A stretch of 64,000 nucleotides of DNA. It comes from a plasmid. The position numbers were made by a program, and so were the translations under genes. Below the pieces are notes generated by a model. The model worked only from the letters and a program-made list of their open reading frames with translations, was not told the DNA's origin and searched no databases. The stretch lies in sequence record NZ_CP049260.1. The stretch is one strand, 5' to 3'. Shown piece after piece: positions 52,424 through 61,869 of the stretch (its first letter is position 1; each line of letters starts with the position of its first letter).

Positions 52424-53953
52424 ATGTCTGTTCAGAACACCCCCACTGCTGCCGGCGCCACGCAGGTACCGGAAACCACCGGCGGCGTTTACGCCTCGCT
52501 GTTTGAAAAAATTAACCTTCACCCGGTCGACGCGCTTGATGATATCGACGCCTGGCAGGACAGCCAGCGCCTGGCGGACGCCTCTGCCGATGAGCGCGTG
52601 ACCGCCGCGGTCCGGGTTTTCCTGGAGCGCCTGAAACAGTCCGGCCAGCAGGTTGAAAAGCTCGACAAAACGCTGCTTGACCACCATATCGCTGAGCTGG
52701 ACCGGCAAATCAGCCGCCAGCTGGATACGGTCATGCACCATCCGGAGTTTCAGCAGGTGGAATCGCTGTGGCGCGGCCTGAAGCATCTGGTGAACCGCAC
52801 CGACTACCGCCAGAACGTGCGCACGGAAATTCTCGATATCGCCAAAGAGGATTTGCGCCAGGACTTCGAGGACGCGCCGGAAATCATCCAGAGCGGCCTC
52901 TACTGGCACACCTACACGGCGGAATATGACACGCCCGGCGGTGAGCCGGTGGGCGCGGTGATTTCCTCGTATGAGTTTGACGCCAGTGCGCAGGATATGG
53001 CGCTGCTGCGTAACATCTCTAAAGTCTCCGCCGCGGCGCACATGCCGTTTATCGGTGCCGTCGGCCCGAAATTCTTCCTCAAAGATTCCATGGAAGAGGT
53101 GGCGGCGATTAAGGACATCGGCAACTACTTTGACCGCGCCGAATACATCAAGTGGAAATCCTTCCGCGACACCGACGATGCCCGCTATATCGGCCTGACC
53201 CTGCCGCGCGTGCTGGGCCGCCTGCCGTACGGCCCGGACACCGTGCCGGTGCGCAGCTTTAACTATGTGGAAGAGGTGAAAGGGCCGGACCACGAAAAAT
53301 ACCTGTGGACCAGCGCGTCGTTTGCCTTCGCGGCCAATATGGTGAAGAGCTTCATTAATAACGGCTGGTGCGTGCAGATCCGCGGCCCGCAGGCGGGCGG
53401 TGCGGTGCAGGACCTGCCGATTCATCTCTATGACCTCGGCACCGGCAATCAGGTGAAAATCCCGTCGGAAGTGATGATCCCGGAGACGCGTGAATTTGAG
53501 TTCGCGAACCTCGGTTTTATCCCGCTCTCCTACTACAAAAACCGCGACTACGCCTGCTTCTTCTCGGCGAACTCGGCGCAGAAACCGGCGCTGTACGACA
53601 CGCCGGACGCGACGGCCAACAGCCGCATCAACGCGCGCCTGCCGTATATCTTCCTGCTGTCACGCATCGCGCACTACCTGAAGCTGATTCAGCGCGAGAA
53701 CATCGGCACGACCAAAGACCGCCGTCTGCTGGAGCTGAACAACTGGGTGCGCGGTCTGGTGACGGAGATGACTGACCCGGGCGACGAGCTGCAGGCGTCA
53801 CACCCGCTGCGTGATGCGAAAGTGGTGGTGGAAGATATCGAAGACAACCCGGGCTTTTTCCGCGTCAGGTTGTACGCCGTGCCGCATTTCCAGGTGGAAG
53901 GCATGGACGTCAGCCTGTCGCTGGTGTCGCAGATGCCGAAAGCGAAGGCGTGA
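52424..53953 (+). CDS. tssC: Type VI secretion sheath large subunit TssC (VipB).
   Basis: About 509 aa with TssC-family sequence throughout (…FIGAVGPKFF…, …GFIPLSYYKNRDYACFFSANSAQKP…). Confidence 0.9.
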   Translation: MSVQNTPTAAGATQVPETTGGVYASLFEKINLHPVDALDDIDAWQDSQRLADASADERVTAAVRVFLERLKQSGQQVEKLDKTLLDHHIAELDRQISRQLDTVMHHPEFQQVESLWRGLKHLVNRTDYRQNVRTEILDIAKEDLRQDFEDAPEIIQSGLYWHTYTAEYDTPGGEPVGAVISSYEFDASAQDMALLRNISKVSAAAHMPFIGAVGPKFFLKDSMEEVAAIKDIGNYFDRAEYIKWKSFRDTDDARYIGLTLPRVLGRLPYGPDTVPVRSFNYVEEVKGPDHEKYLWTSASFAFAANMVKSFINNGWCVQIRGPQAGGAVQDLPIHLYDLGTGNQVKIPSEVMIPETREFEFANLGFIPLSYYKNRDYACFFSANSAQKPALYDTPDATANSRINARLPYIFLLSRIAHYLKLIQRENIGTTKDRRLLELNNWVRGLVTEMTDPGDELQASHPLRDAKVVVEDIEDNPGFFRVRLYAVPHFQVEGMDVSLSLVSQMPKAKA

Positions 53954-53967
53954 CGGGCGGAGATGGA

Positions 53968-54559
53968 ATGAAGATATTTCGACCACTGTGGAACGAGGGG
54001 GCGCTGTTGTCCCCTCAGCAATTTCAGCAACAAGCCCGCTGGGACGCCTGGGTCGCGGATACGGTTGCCAGAATGACCCTGGCGAACCCGTGGGGAGTGC
54101 TTTGCGCAGAATTTGACGAAGGCGCGTTAACGCTCGCCAGGCTCAATGCGACGCGCCTGGTGGTACGCTTTGCCGACGGAACGCTGATTGACACCGATCT
54201 TGCCGATAATTTACCGCCGGTATGCGATTTATCCGGGCTGGAACAGGAAAGTGTCGACGTTTTACTTTGCCTGCCGCTCCTCAGTGCGAATGGCGGCAAT
54301 CTGGAGAATGGACAGGACAGCGCCCGTCCGCGCCGCTGGCAGTCTGAACGGGTACCCGGGCGTTAACAGCAGCTGGCATCTGGCCTGGCAGGCACCGGAT
54401 GGCCGGGTACTCAACTACACGCTGCGCACTGAAGCCGGTGAAGGGCCGCTGGCGCTACTCAGGCTTCGTCATTTTACGCTACCGGACAACATTTTTATCG
54501 TCAGCGCCTCTGATGCCATGCATGACGACAATGTCGGTGACGATGAACCGTCATTGTGA
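53968..54559 (+). pseudogene. tssK: tssK (T6SS baseplate component) remnant. The N-terminal 133 codons are followed by a +1 frameshift at about 54351-54362, after which the gene continues in the next frame to a stop at 54559. Roughly the C-terminal half of a normal ~445-aa TssK is absent.
   Basis: MKIFRPLWNEGALLSPQQFQQQARWDAW… is a canonical TssK N-terminus, and this frame stops at 54366. The +1 frame from 54362 (VNSSWHLAWQAPDGRVLNYTLRTEAGEGPLALLRLRHF…) reads as a genuine continuation. tssF starts 48 nt after the 54559 stop. Confidence 0.65.
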
Positions 54560-54607
54560 CCCCCTCCAGCCTTTAATTTTCTTTCTGAAATGTCATAGCG
54601 GTTATTT

Positions 54608-56371
54608 ATGGATGATTTAACGCTGCGTTATTTTGACGCTGAAATGCGCTATTTGCGCGAGGCAGCAAAAGAGTTTGCCCAAACGCACCCTGACCGGGCG
54701 GCAATGCTTGATCTCGACAAAGCCGGGACACCGGATCCGTATGTCGAGCGCCTGTTCGAAGGTTTTGCGTTTTCGGTCGGACGTCTTCGCGAGAAGATTG
54801 ACGACGATTTGCCGGAGCTCACCGAAGGGCTGGTCAGTATGCTGTGGCCGCACTATCTGCGCACCGTGCCCTCGCTGTCGGTCGTGGCGCTGACACCGCA
54901 ATTATCGGCGATGAAAATGGCGGAAACGGTCCCTGCCGGGCTGGAGATCTATTCGCGCCCGGTAGGCCCTAAACATACCGTGTGCCGCTATCGCACCACC
55001 CGTGATGTGACGCTGAACCCGCTTGCGATATCACAGGTTGCCATGACCGTGGAGCCTGACGGGCGTTCCGTGCTGCGTATCCGTTTCGCCTGCAGCGAAC
55101 AGGCCGACTGGCGACAGGTGGATCTGCGCCATCTGCCGATGTATCTCGGCGAGGACGCCATAACGGGCAATGCGCTCCACTTCATGCTGACTAAACGTCA
55201 GGCGGCTCTCTATCTGCGGCTGCCGGGACAGACAGAACGAATAAAACTGGATGGCTATTTTTCTCCAGGCGGGTTTGGCGACGACGACATGCTATGGCCG
55301 AAAGGCGATAGCGCCTTCAGCGGCTGGCAGCTTTTGCTGGAGTACTTCACCTTTCGTGAAAAGTTTATGTTCGTTCATCTTAACGGTCTTGAAGGGGTTA
55401 CATTGCCGCCGGGAACGTCGCATTTTGACATCGACGTGGTGTTCAGCCAGCTCTGGCAGGCCGATTTACCCGTCACCGACAGCGCGCTGCGCCTGCACTG
55501 TGTGCCGGTCATTAACCTGTTCACGCTGGAGGCCGATCCGCTGACGATAAACGGGCTGGAAAACGAATATCTGTTGCGTCCGAAGCGCCTGCAGGACGGG
55601 CATACCGAAATTTATTCCGTGGATGCGGTCACCGGATCGGGCCGAACCGGCGAGGCCCGGTATGTGCCTTTCACCAGCTTTCGTCATCAGGGCGGCATGA
55701 TGCGCCGTCACGCGCCTGAACGTTACTACCACACCCGCGTAAAGCGTGGCGTCACCGGAATGCATGATACCTGGCTTATTCTGGGCGGCGAGAAGTGGGA
55801 GAGGGATCGGATGCTGGAGAAAGAAACCATCTCATTGCGCATCACCTGCACCAACGGACAACTGCCGCGCCGGGCTTTGCAAAGCACGCTGCTGGATCGT
55901 TGTGAACAAGTCACGGAAACGCCACTGACCGTTCGTAATCTGTGTAAGCCAACGCTACCCGCGTATCCCCCCGTCGAGGACCGTTTCCACTGGCGAGTAA
56001 TGAGTCATCTGGGCACACGATTTATCAACATGATGAGCAACGCAGAAGTGCTTCGCGGCACGCTGGCGCTGTACAACTGGCGTGATGATGAACTGAATAA
56101 CCGTCGGCTGGAGGCGATCCTCGCGATAAATCACTACCGCATTCAGCGGTTTGAAGACGGTTTTCTTTTACGTGGGCTCGACATCGAAGTCACGCTCGAC
56201 AGTCACGGTTTTACGGGCGAAGGCGATATCCACCTCTTCGGGGAAATGCTCAACCGCTTCTTCGCGCGCTATGCCGATATGAACCAGTTTAATCAGCTAA
56301 CGTTTATTGTTCAGCCAGAAGGGAAATGTATCCGTTGGAAAGAGAATCACAGTCCGCGCCTGCCCGGCTGA
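54608..56371 (+). CDS. tssF: Type VI secretion baseplate subunit TssF.
   Basis: 587 aa. The N-terminus MDDLTLRYFDAEMRYLREAAKEFAQTHPDRAAMLDL… is canonical TssF (ImpG/VasA). Confidence 0.9.
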   Translation: MDDLTLRYFDAEMRYLREAAKEFAQTHPDRAAMLDLDKAGTPDPYVERLFEGFAFSVGRLREKIDDDLPELTEGLVSMLWPHYLRTVPSLSVVALTPQLSAMKMAETVPAGLEIYSRPVGPKHTVCRYRTTRDVTLNPLAISQVAMTVEPDGRSVLRIRFACSEQADWRQVDLRHLPMYLGEDAITGNALHFMLTKRQAALYLRLPGQTERIKLDGYFSPGGFGDDDMLWPKGDSAFSGWQLLLEYFTFREKFMFVHLNGLEGVTLPPGTSHFDIDVVFSQLWQADLPVTDSALRLHCVPVINLFTLEADPLTINGLENEYLLRPKRLQDGHTEIYSVDAVTGSGRTGEARYVPFTSFRHQGGMMRRHAPERYYHTRVKRGVTGMHDTWLILGGEKWERDRMLEKETISLRITCTNGQLPRRALQSTLLDRCEQVTETPLTVRNLCKPTLPAYPPVEDRFHWRVMSHLGTRFINMMSNAEVLRGTLALYNWRDDELNNRRLEAILAINHYRIQRFEDGFLLRGLDIEVTLDSHGFTGEGDIHLFGEMLNRFFARYADMNQFNQLTFIVQPEGKCIRWKENHSPRLPG

Positions 56372-57423
56372 AGGAAGAGACGCGGCAACAGCTGCCGTAT
56401 ATGAATTTTTATCGGTTTTGTCAGTGGCTTGAGCGAAGCCATCCGGGGCTTCCTGTTACCGGGAGCGACTGGCAACTTCGCCATGAGCCGGTACGTTTTC
56501 GCCCGCATCCGGGTATGGGATTTCCGGCTGGTGAAATACGCGGCTCAGAGACCAGCGAACATCCGCATCTCCCGCCGACAGTACGTATCACTTTCATGGG
56601 GCTTTATGGTATTGAGGCACCGTTGCCGACGCAGTATATCGACGACATCGCGCAGCGGCGGGAAGGCTACGAGGCGACGTGCGATTTTCTCGATATCTTT
56701 AATCACCGGTTAATAGCCCAGTACTACCGCATCTGGCGAAAATATTCGTATCCCGCCACCTTTCAGTCAGGCGGAGTGGATAACACCTCACAGTATCTGC
56801 TCGGCCTCGTGGGGCTTGGCATCCCTGGCTGCGCATCTGCCGCGGGTACGCCACTTTCACGTTTTCTGGCGCTGTTGCCTGTAATGATGTTGCCCGGACG
56901 CACGGCAGAAGGCCTGGGCGCGCTGGTCAGGCTTCTTGCGCCACAAACGCAGGCTGCGGTATTTCATCACGACCGCTGCCGTGTTCCGCTGAAAGCGTCC
57001 GCCAGAATGAGTATGCGGCAGCCGCTTAGCCTGAAGCATCGTCCCGTCATGGGAACCTACGCCACCGACGTTAATGGTCAGGTCCTATTGATGCTCACCA
57101 CTGACGATGCCGAAGAGGACCGGGGCTGGCTGCCTGAGGGAGAGCTTAACCGCGATCTTAACGCGCTACTGCACGTCTATCTCGGCGTGCACCTTAATGT
57201 GCGAATGCAGCTGCGCGTACCGCGGCACTTATTAGCGGATGCCCGCCTGTGCTGTAAGCCGGAATATCCCGTGCAACTGGGCCGCACGGCGTTGCTGAAG
57301 CCGCTTAATGCCGCTGCGCGGCGCAATAATGAGATGATTACCATTCCTCTGGGCCGTTGGGAACAGGTTCAGGAAAACATTCACCGTAGGGAGAGCGATG
57401 AAGATGGCGAATACCGCTGGTAA
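56326..57423 (+). CDS. tssG: Type VI secretion baseplate subunit TssG.
   Basis: 365 aa overlapping the tssF 3' end. The …LPYMNFYRFCQWLE… N-terminal motif is typical of TssG. Confidence 0.8.
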   Translation: MYPLERESQSAPARLKEETRQQLPYMNFYRFCQWLERSHPGLPVTGSDWQLRHEPVRFRPHPGMGFPAGEIRGSETSEHPHLPPTVRITFMGLYGIEAPLPTQYIDDIAQRREGYEATCDFLDIFNHRLIAQYYRIWRKYSYPATFQSGGVDNTSQYLLGLVGLGIPGCASAAGTPLSRFLALLPVMMLPGRTAEGLGALVRLLAPQTQAAVFHHDRCRVPLKASARMSMRQPLSLKHRPVMGTYATDVNGQVLLMLTTDDAEEDRGWLPEGELNRDLNALLHVYLGVHLNVRMQLRVPRHLLADARLCCKPEYPVQLGRTALLKPLNAAARRNNEMITIPLGRWEQVQENIHRRESDEDGEYRW

Positions 57424-57931
57424 AGTGGTGGCTGTAATGCTGACGATGGCAGTGCTGGCGGGCTGTGGGTTGACGCAAAAAGTCACAGACGGCGCCGCCT
57501 CAGTGACCCGCTCGCTGTTCTTCAGACAGATAAAAACGCTGCATCTGGATATTCGGGCAAGGGAAGGCGTCAATAACAATGAGAGCGGGGCGGCGCTGGC
57601 GACGGTCGTGCGTATTTACCAGCTGAAAGACCGTAAGGCGTTTGACAGCACTGATTACCCCTCGCTATTCGCCGATGACAGCCAGGCCATTAAAGCGGAT
57701 CTGGTCGCTGAAAAAGATATCCAGTTGCGGCCGGGAGAATCATTCACTCTGGATATGCCTCTGGAGGAGACGGCGCAGTATGTGGCCGTGGCGGGGATGT
57801 TTATGGCCCCTGACGACACCAACGATAGCTGGCGTCTGGTGCTGTCACGCGACGATCTCGAACCGGATACGCCGAGAATTATTGAGGCCAGCAATAATCG
57901 CCTCACGCTTCAGCCGGTTAACGACAAATAA
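57398..57931 (+). CDS. tssJ: Type VI secretion outer-membrane lipoprotein TssJ.
   Basis: Signal peptide with lipobox LAGC. 177-aa TssJ-like sequence. Overlaps the tssG end. Confidence 0.8.
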   Translation: MKMANTAGKVVAVMLTMAVLAGCGLTQKVTDGAASVTRSLFFRQIKTLHLDIRAREGVNNNESGAALATVVRIYQLKDRKAFDSTDYPSLFADDSQAIKADLVAEKDIQLRPGESFTLDMPLEETAQYVAVAGMFMAPDDTNDSWRLVLSRDDLEPDTPRIIEASNNRLTLQPVNDK

Positions 57932-57933
57932 AG

Positions 57934-57966
57934 AAAGGGCCACCCGCAAAAGTGGCCCTTTTTATT
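57934..57966. terminator. Bidirectional rho-independent terminator between tssJ and the convergent dsbG.
   Basis: AAAGGGCCACCCGCAAAAGTGGCCCTTTTTATT: a perfect stem with A- and T-runs on both sides. Confidence 0.8.
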
Positions 57967-58714
57967 ACTTACAGGCCACCAGATCGGCCATCTGTTCCGC
58001 GTTCGGCAGGCCGATTATCTGCTGAAGCAGTCGGTCCTTGTTCAGATAATAAATCGCTGGCGTGCCGTTTGCGCCAAGTTGCGTCATCAGCTGCTGGTTA
58101 TACTGAATCTGCTTAAAGGCCGCAGGCGACGTTTTTTCCGGCAGCGCCGGTTTGTTTTTCCCTGCTGAGCTTTCAAGATCCTGCCAGGTTTTTTGCGGAT
58201 CGTCGGAGCCCAGCACCGCGGCGGCGTAGCGCCCGCTGTCAGGGCGGATCACGCCCACCAGCAGCGTTTTCAGGCTGATGCTTTTATCGTTGAGGTACGG
58301 CTGCGCCTGCTCCCAGAACTTATGGCAGTAAGGGCAGAACGGATCGGCGAACACCACCACTTTGCACGCGGCCTGCTCGCTGCCTTCGTGAATGCCCTTC
58401 GCCTGATCCAGCGTTTTCCACATTTCGCGCCCGGCCGGGATGTACAGCTCGTCGTTAATCAGCTTTTCACTGAGGTTATTGCCCTGCGCGTCATACATAT
58501 AGCCGGTGATGACATGCTTTTTATCGGGCGTCAGATAAAGCGTCACGCCGGTGTCCTGATATTTACCGAGCCATGCCTGAACGCCGCCCGGTGCGGTGAA
58601 AGGCTTGATAATCGTAATGCCCTGTTTTTCCAGCTGCTTTACCGGCTCCGGTAAATCATCAGCCTGCGCGTGGAAAGCCGCGAGCAGCGCGCCCGCCGTC
58701 AGTAACTTTTTCAT
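57965..58714 (-). CDS. dsbG: Periplasmic disulfide isomerase/reductase DsbG.
   Basis: 249 aa, over 60% identical by eye to E. coli DsbG, including the dimerisation N-domain and the CPYC active site. Confidence 0.85.
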   Translation of the reverse strand: MKKLLTAGALLAAFHAQADDLPEPVKQLEKQGITIIKPFTAPGGVQAWLGKYQDTGVTLYLTPDKKHVITGYMYDAQGNNLSEKLINDELYIPAGREMWKTLDQAKGIHEGSEQAACKVVVFADPFCPYCHKFWEQAQPYLNDKSISLKTLLVGVIRPDSGRYAAAVLGSDDPQKTWQDLESSAGKNKPALPEKTSPAAFKQIQYNQQLMTQLGANGTPAIYYLNKDRLLQQIIGLPNAEQMADLVACK

Positions 58715-60732
58715 TGTCTGTCCTTATTCATTGTCTGAGAGGTGGCCGCGCCGGCGTTATCCAGCGCGCTAAGCAGTTCCGTTTTATTGAGCAGCGAGGA
58801 GAGCACTTTGCCATCCGGTATAGCAGGGCCGAACACGGCGTTAAACGGAATGCCGCTTGCGCCGTGGCGGCGCAAAAATGCTTCAATTTCCGCAGATGGC
58901 TTGCTCCAGTTACCCTGTAACAGCACCACGTCATTCTGATGCAGCGCGTCTACGACATCGGGGCGGTGCAGCACCAACACTTCATTGACCTTACAGTTCA
59001 GGCACCAGTCGGCGGTGATATCGACAAGCACCCGTTTATGCGCGGCAAGCGCGTTATCAAGCGCCGCCTGGCTGAAGGGCTGCCAGTGAAGCGGCCCTTC
59101 GCGGCGGCCGTCCGGTGCAGGTGCCAGAAACGCGTATAACCCGGCACCGAACAGCACGCCGAACGCCAGCGTTCGCAGGTTTTCCCGATGGCGCGGCAGT
59201 TTTACTGCGCAGCGCCAGAGAAACAGCGCAATCATCAGACCGCCTGCGATAAGAACGTAGCGCGCGCCCCATTCCTTCGCCAGCAGCGACATCAGCCAGA
59301 GGCTGGAGCCAAGCATCAGCAGCACCAGCACCAGGCGCAGCTTACTCATCCACGGGCCGGGCCGCGGCAGCCAGCGCGCCACGCCGGGCCTCAGGCTGAC
59401 GAGCAGCCACGGCAGGCTCATGCCGGTGCCGAGCGCGAGGAAAATCAACCACAGCTCCGGTAACGGCGCGGCCAGCGCAAAAGCGACGGCAGTGCCGAGA
59501 AAGGGCGCAGTGCAGGGCGTTGCCAGCAGCGTCGCGAAGGCGCCTTCCAGAAAACTGCCGCCCACGCCCTGGCCACCCGCCGTGGCGAGCCGGGTAGTGA
59601 GCGCGGCGGGCAGCCTGATCTCCATCACGCCCGCGAGGCTAAAACAGAAAGCCCAGGTCACGACCGCCATGGTGGCGATAAATCCGGCATGCTGGAACTG
59701 AAATCCCCAGCCCGTCCACGCGCCCGAGAGCCGCAGCGCGCTCATGATGGCTGCCAGCACCAGGAATGAGAAAATCATCCCGGCGCTGGTGGCGAGAAAG
59801 CGGATGCGGGTCTGGCGACGGTCCGCCTGCGCCAGCGTCATCAGCGAGGCGAGCTTCATCCCCATCACCGGCAACACGCAGGGCATCAGGTTCAGAATAA
59901 GCCCGCCGAGCAGCGCCACCGCGGTGGCCTGCCAGAACAGCGGCGCGCCGTCCGGTTTTACCGTCATCTGCTGGCTGGTAACCCCACTACTGAGCACCAG
60001 CGAAACCGCCTGAATACGGCTGGCGTCTGTGGGTTCGCCACGTTCGTTGAGGGCGGTGAAATGTGCTGTGAGCGTGTCGCCTGAAGGTTCCAGCACGGGC
60101 ACCGAAAGCGACACGTTGTCAGGGTTATCGGCAAACAGCGCCGGTTGCGGCCAGCCATCGGGTGAGGTCGCCGTCAGGCTGAGCGTTGAACCGTGCGCGG
60201 CAACATTCGTCACCGTAATGTTGCCGGTGTCTGGCGGAACGGTCGCCATTGCCGCGTTCCAGTCATCATCAAAACCAGGCGACGGGCCATCGGCCAGATC
60301 GACATCCAGCGGGAAGGTGTTCACCACGCAGAGGTTGCTGCACAGCGATAGCGTCAGCGTGCCGCGCAGCCGCGCGGTTTCAGTGGTAGTGACTTCCAGC
60401 GGGAAGGTCACGCCGTCATGATAGCCGACCGAGCTGAACCCGGCGGCGTCAAAGCGCACCGGCTGCGGCCAGTGCCAGGTGGTCTGCGCTGGTGTTGACC
60501 AGTCAATAACGGGCCGGAACCCGCCGTCGCCAGGTGTTCGCCAGTAGGTTTTCCAGCCTTTATCGAGCGTGATAGCCAGCAGCAGACGCACTTTGCCATC
60601 GGCGGGCGCGTCGCTGCGTACCTGAATATGGGCGTGGGAAGACTGCGCGGGTGGCAGCCAGCCGCTGTCCGCAGCCCAGGCCGCAGACATGCTGAGCGCC
60701 AGAAGCCACAGGCTTCTGAAAAGCATTTTCAT
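58711..60732 (-). CDS. DsbD-family inner-membrane thiol:disulfide reductase with an extended N-terminal periplasmic domain (ScsB-like).
   Basis: 673 aa: signal peptide, about 260-aa periplasmic N-domain, DsbD-type TM core (…NLMPCVLPV…), C-terminal thioredoxin-like domain with WCLNC. Overlaps the dsbG start by 4 nt. Confidence 0.75.
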   Translation of the reverse strand: MKMLFRSLWLLALSMSAAWAADSGWLPPAQSSHAHIQVRSDAPADGKVRLLLAITLDKGWKTYWRTPGDGGFRPVIDWSTPAQTTWHWPQPVRFDAAGFSSVGYHDGVTFPLEVTTTETARLRGTLTLSLCSNLCVVNTFPLDVDLADGPSPGFDDDWNAAMATVPPDTGNITVTNVAAHGSTLSLTATSPDGWPQPALFADNPDNVSLSVPVLEPSGDTLTAHFTALNERGEPTDASRIQAVSLVLSSGVTSQQMTVKPDGAPLFWQATAVALLGGLILNLMPCVLPVMGMKLASLMTLAQADRRQTRIRFLATSAGMIFSFLVLAAIMSALRLSGAWTGWGFQFQHAGFIATMAVVTWAFCFSLAGVMEIRLPAALTTRLATAGGQGVGGSFLEGAFATLLATPCTAPFLGTAVAFALAAPLPELWLIFLALGTGMSLPWLLVSLRPGVARWLPRPGPWMSKLRLVLVLLMLGSSLWLMSLLAKEWGARYVLIAGGLMIALFLWRCAVKLPRHRENLRTLAFGVLFGAGLYAFLAPAPDGRREGPLHWQPFSQAALDNALAAHKRVLVDITADWCLNCKVNEVLVLHRPDVVDALHQNDVVLLQGNWSKPSAEIEAFLRRHGASGIPFNAVFGPAIPDGKVLSSLLNKTELLSALDNAGAATSQTMNKDRQ

Positions 60733-60778
60733 CTATTTTCTCCATGAATAATTAACTGAGCAGGACGAACCCGGTCAG

Positions 60779-61168
60779 TCATTCACGGAAGACGCAGTTT
60801 TTAAGGTGTATTCGTAATAGCGGAGGGCGCGGGATCGCATCCGGCAGGGCGCGGACGTTCACGGTGACCAGCACAGCAAGCAGGATAACCAGCAGGCCGG
60901 GCAAGAGAATGATGGTGTCGAAGTGGAGCGGCTGCGCGGCAAGGAGTGAGTGTGCGCTGAGTTCACACGGGGAGAGCGACGGCGTGGTCGCTTCATGACC
61001 ACTGTTTTGCGTCGCGAGGCTGATCTCAGCCGCCTTGACCTGCATCTGATGCAGAATGCTGGCGCGCTGGGTCAGGCAAATCAGCATCACGCAACAGGCA
61101 ATGACCAAAAGCAGTGTTGCTTTCAGTTGCTGGTTTTTTGTGTAAGCGGAGCCTGCGGTCGTCATCAT
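60779..61168 (-). CDS. Hypothetical small membrane protein upstream of the scsB-like gene (possible ScsA-like).
   Basis: ATG at 61168, about 130 aa with two hydrophobic segments. The longer 197-aa frame is probably over-extended. Confidence 0.3.
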   Translation of the reverse strand: MMTTAGSAYTKNQQLKATLLLVIACCVMLICLTQRASILHQMQVKAAEISLATQNSGHEATTPSLSPCELSAHSLLAAQPLHFDTIILLPGLLVILLAVLVTVNVRALPDAIPRPPLLRIHLKNCVFRE

Positions 61169-61281
61169 CGGCAAAAGAATAGTGAGCGCCCGGTTATCGG
61201 GCAAGCGCTGTTTTGTAAAGTAATCATGACAATTCACGCAAAGCCATTCAGCGCGGCAATAAAACCCGCCCGCAGGCAAGC

Positions 61282-61542
61282 TCAGCCGCGATCGTCTTTC
61301 GGCCCCAGAAAATAGAACGCGAAGGGAAGCGAGATGATAAACGAGAACGGCACGCTGTAAATCAGCACCCACGCACCCTGCATGATAAACATCGACGCAC
61401 TCCAGTGCTCCATCGGCATGTTGTACTGCTCTTCCACGCCCTCAAACGTGACGCGGGAGACGACCGTCAGTACGGTGATGAAGACAATCACCAGCGCTGT
61501 CAGAAATTTTTTCCCGTCACGGGTACGCAGTTTTTCCAGCAT
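61282..61542 (-). CDS. Small two-TM membrane protein.
   Basis: ATG at 61542 with a GGAGAG ribosome-binding site. 86 aa. Confidence 0.4.
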   Translation of the reverse strand: MLEKLRTRDGKKFLTALVIVFITVLTVVSRVTFEGVEEQYNMPMEHWSASMFIMQGAWVLIYSVPFSFIISLPFAFYFLGPKDDRG

Positions 61543-61869
61543 GATCTCTCCGATTTGTTTTCCCGCGGTGTTTTGGCGTTTGTACCTGCTGGCGACGCCA
61601 TGTGGTTGCATAAACAGCGAGAATGAAAAGTGGCGCAAGTGTATCGTAAATGGCAGACGAATGTTACGGTCTGGAGGCAGATGCCGCGGTGTCGATATCA
61701 AGTTTAATAGTGCGCGCAATCTATCTTATGTTAAATAACCATATTGTGGCCGATAATTTCCGGTTTTCAGTTGCCACTCTTCTCCATGTCATGCTTACTA
61801 TAAAACGTTTATCACAAAGCCGGCTCCTGCGCTTATCAACAGCGTAAACGACAAAGAGAAAAGCATTTT

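Noticed and set aside
54367-54607. Considered that the 54.4-54.6 kb segment was the 3' end of a different gene (tssE or tssA) left by a deletion junction.
   Set aside because: The +1 frame from 54362 continues smoothly from the TssK N-terminal frame and reads like TssK. This fits a single-base frameshift within tssK followed by truncation, rather than a junction with another gene.
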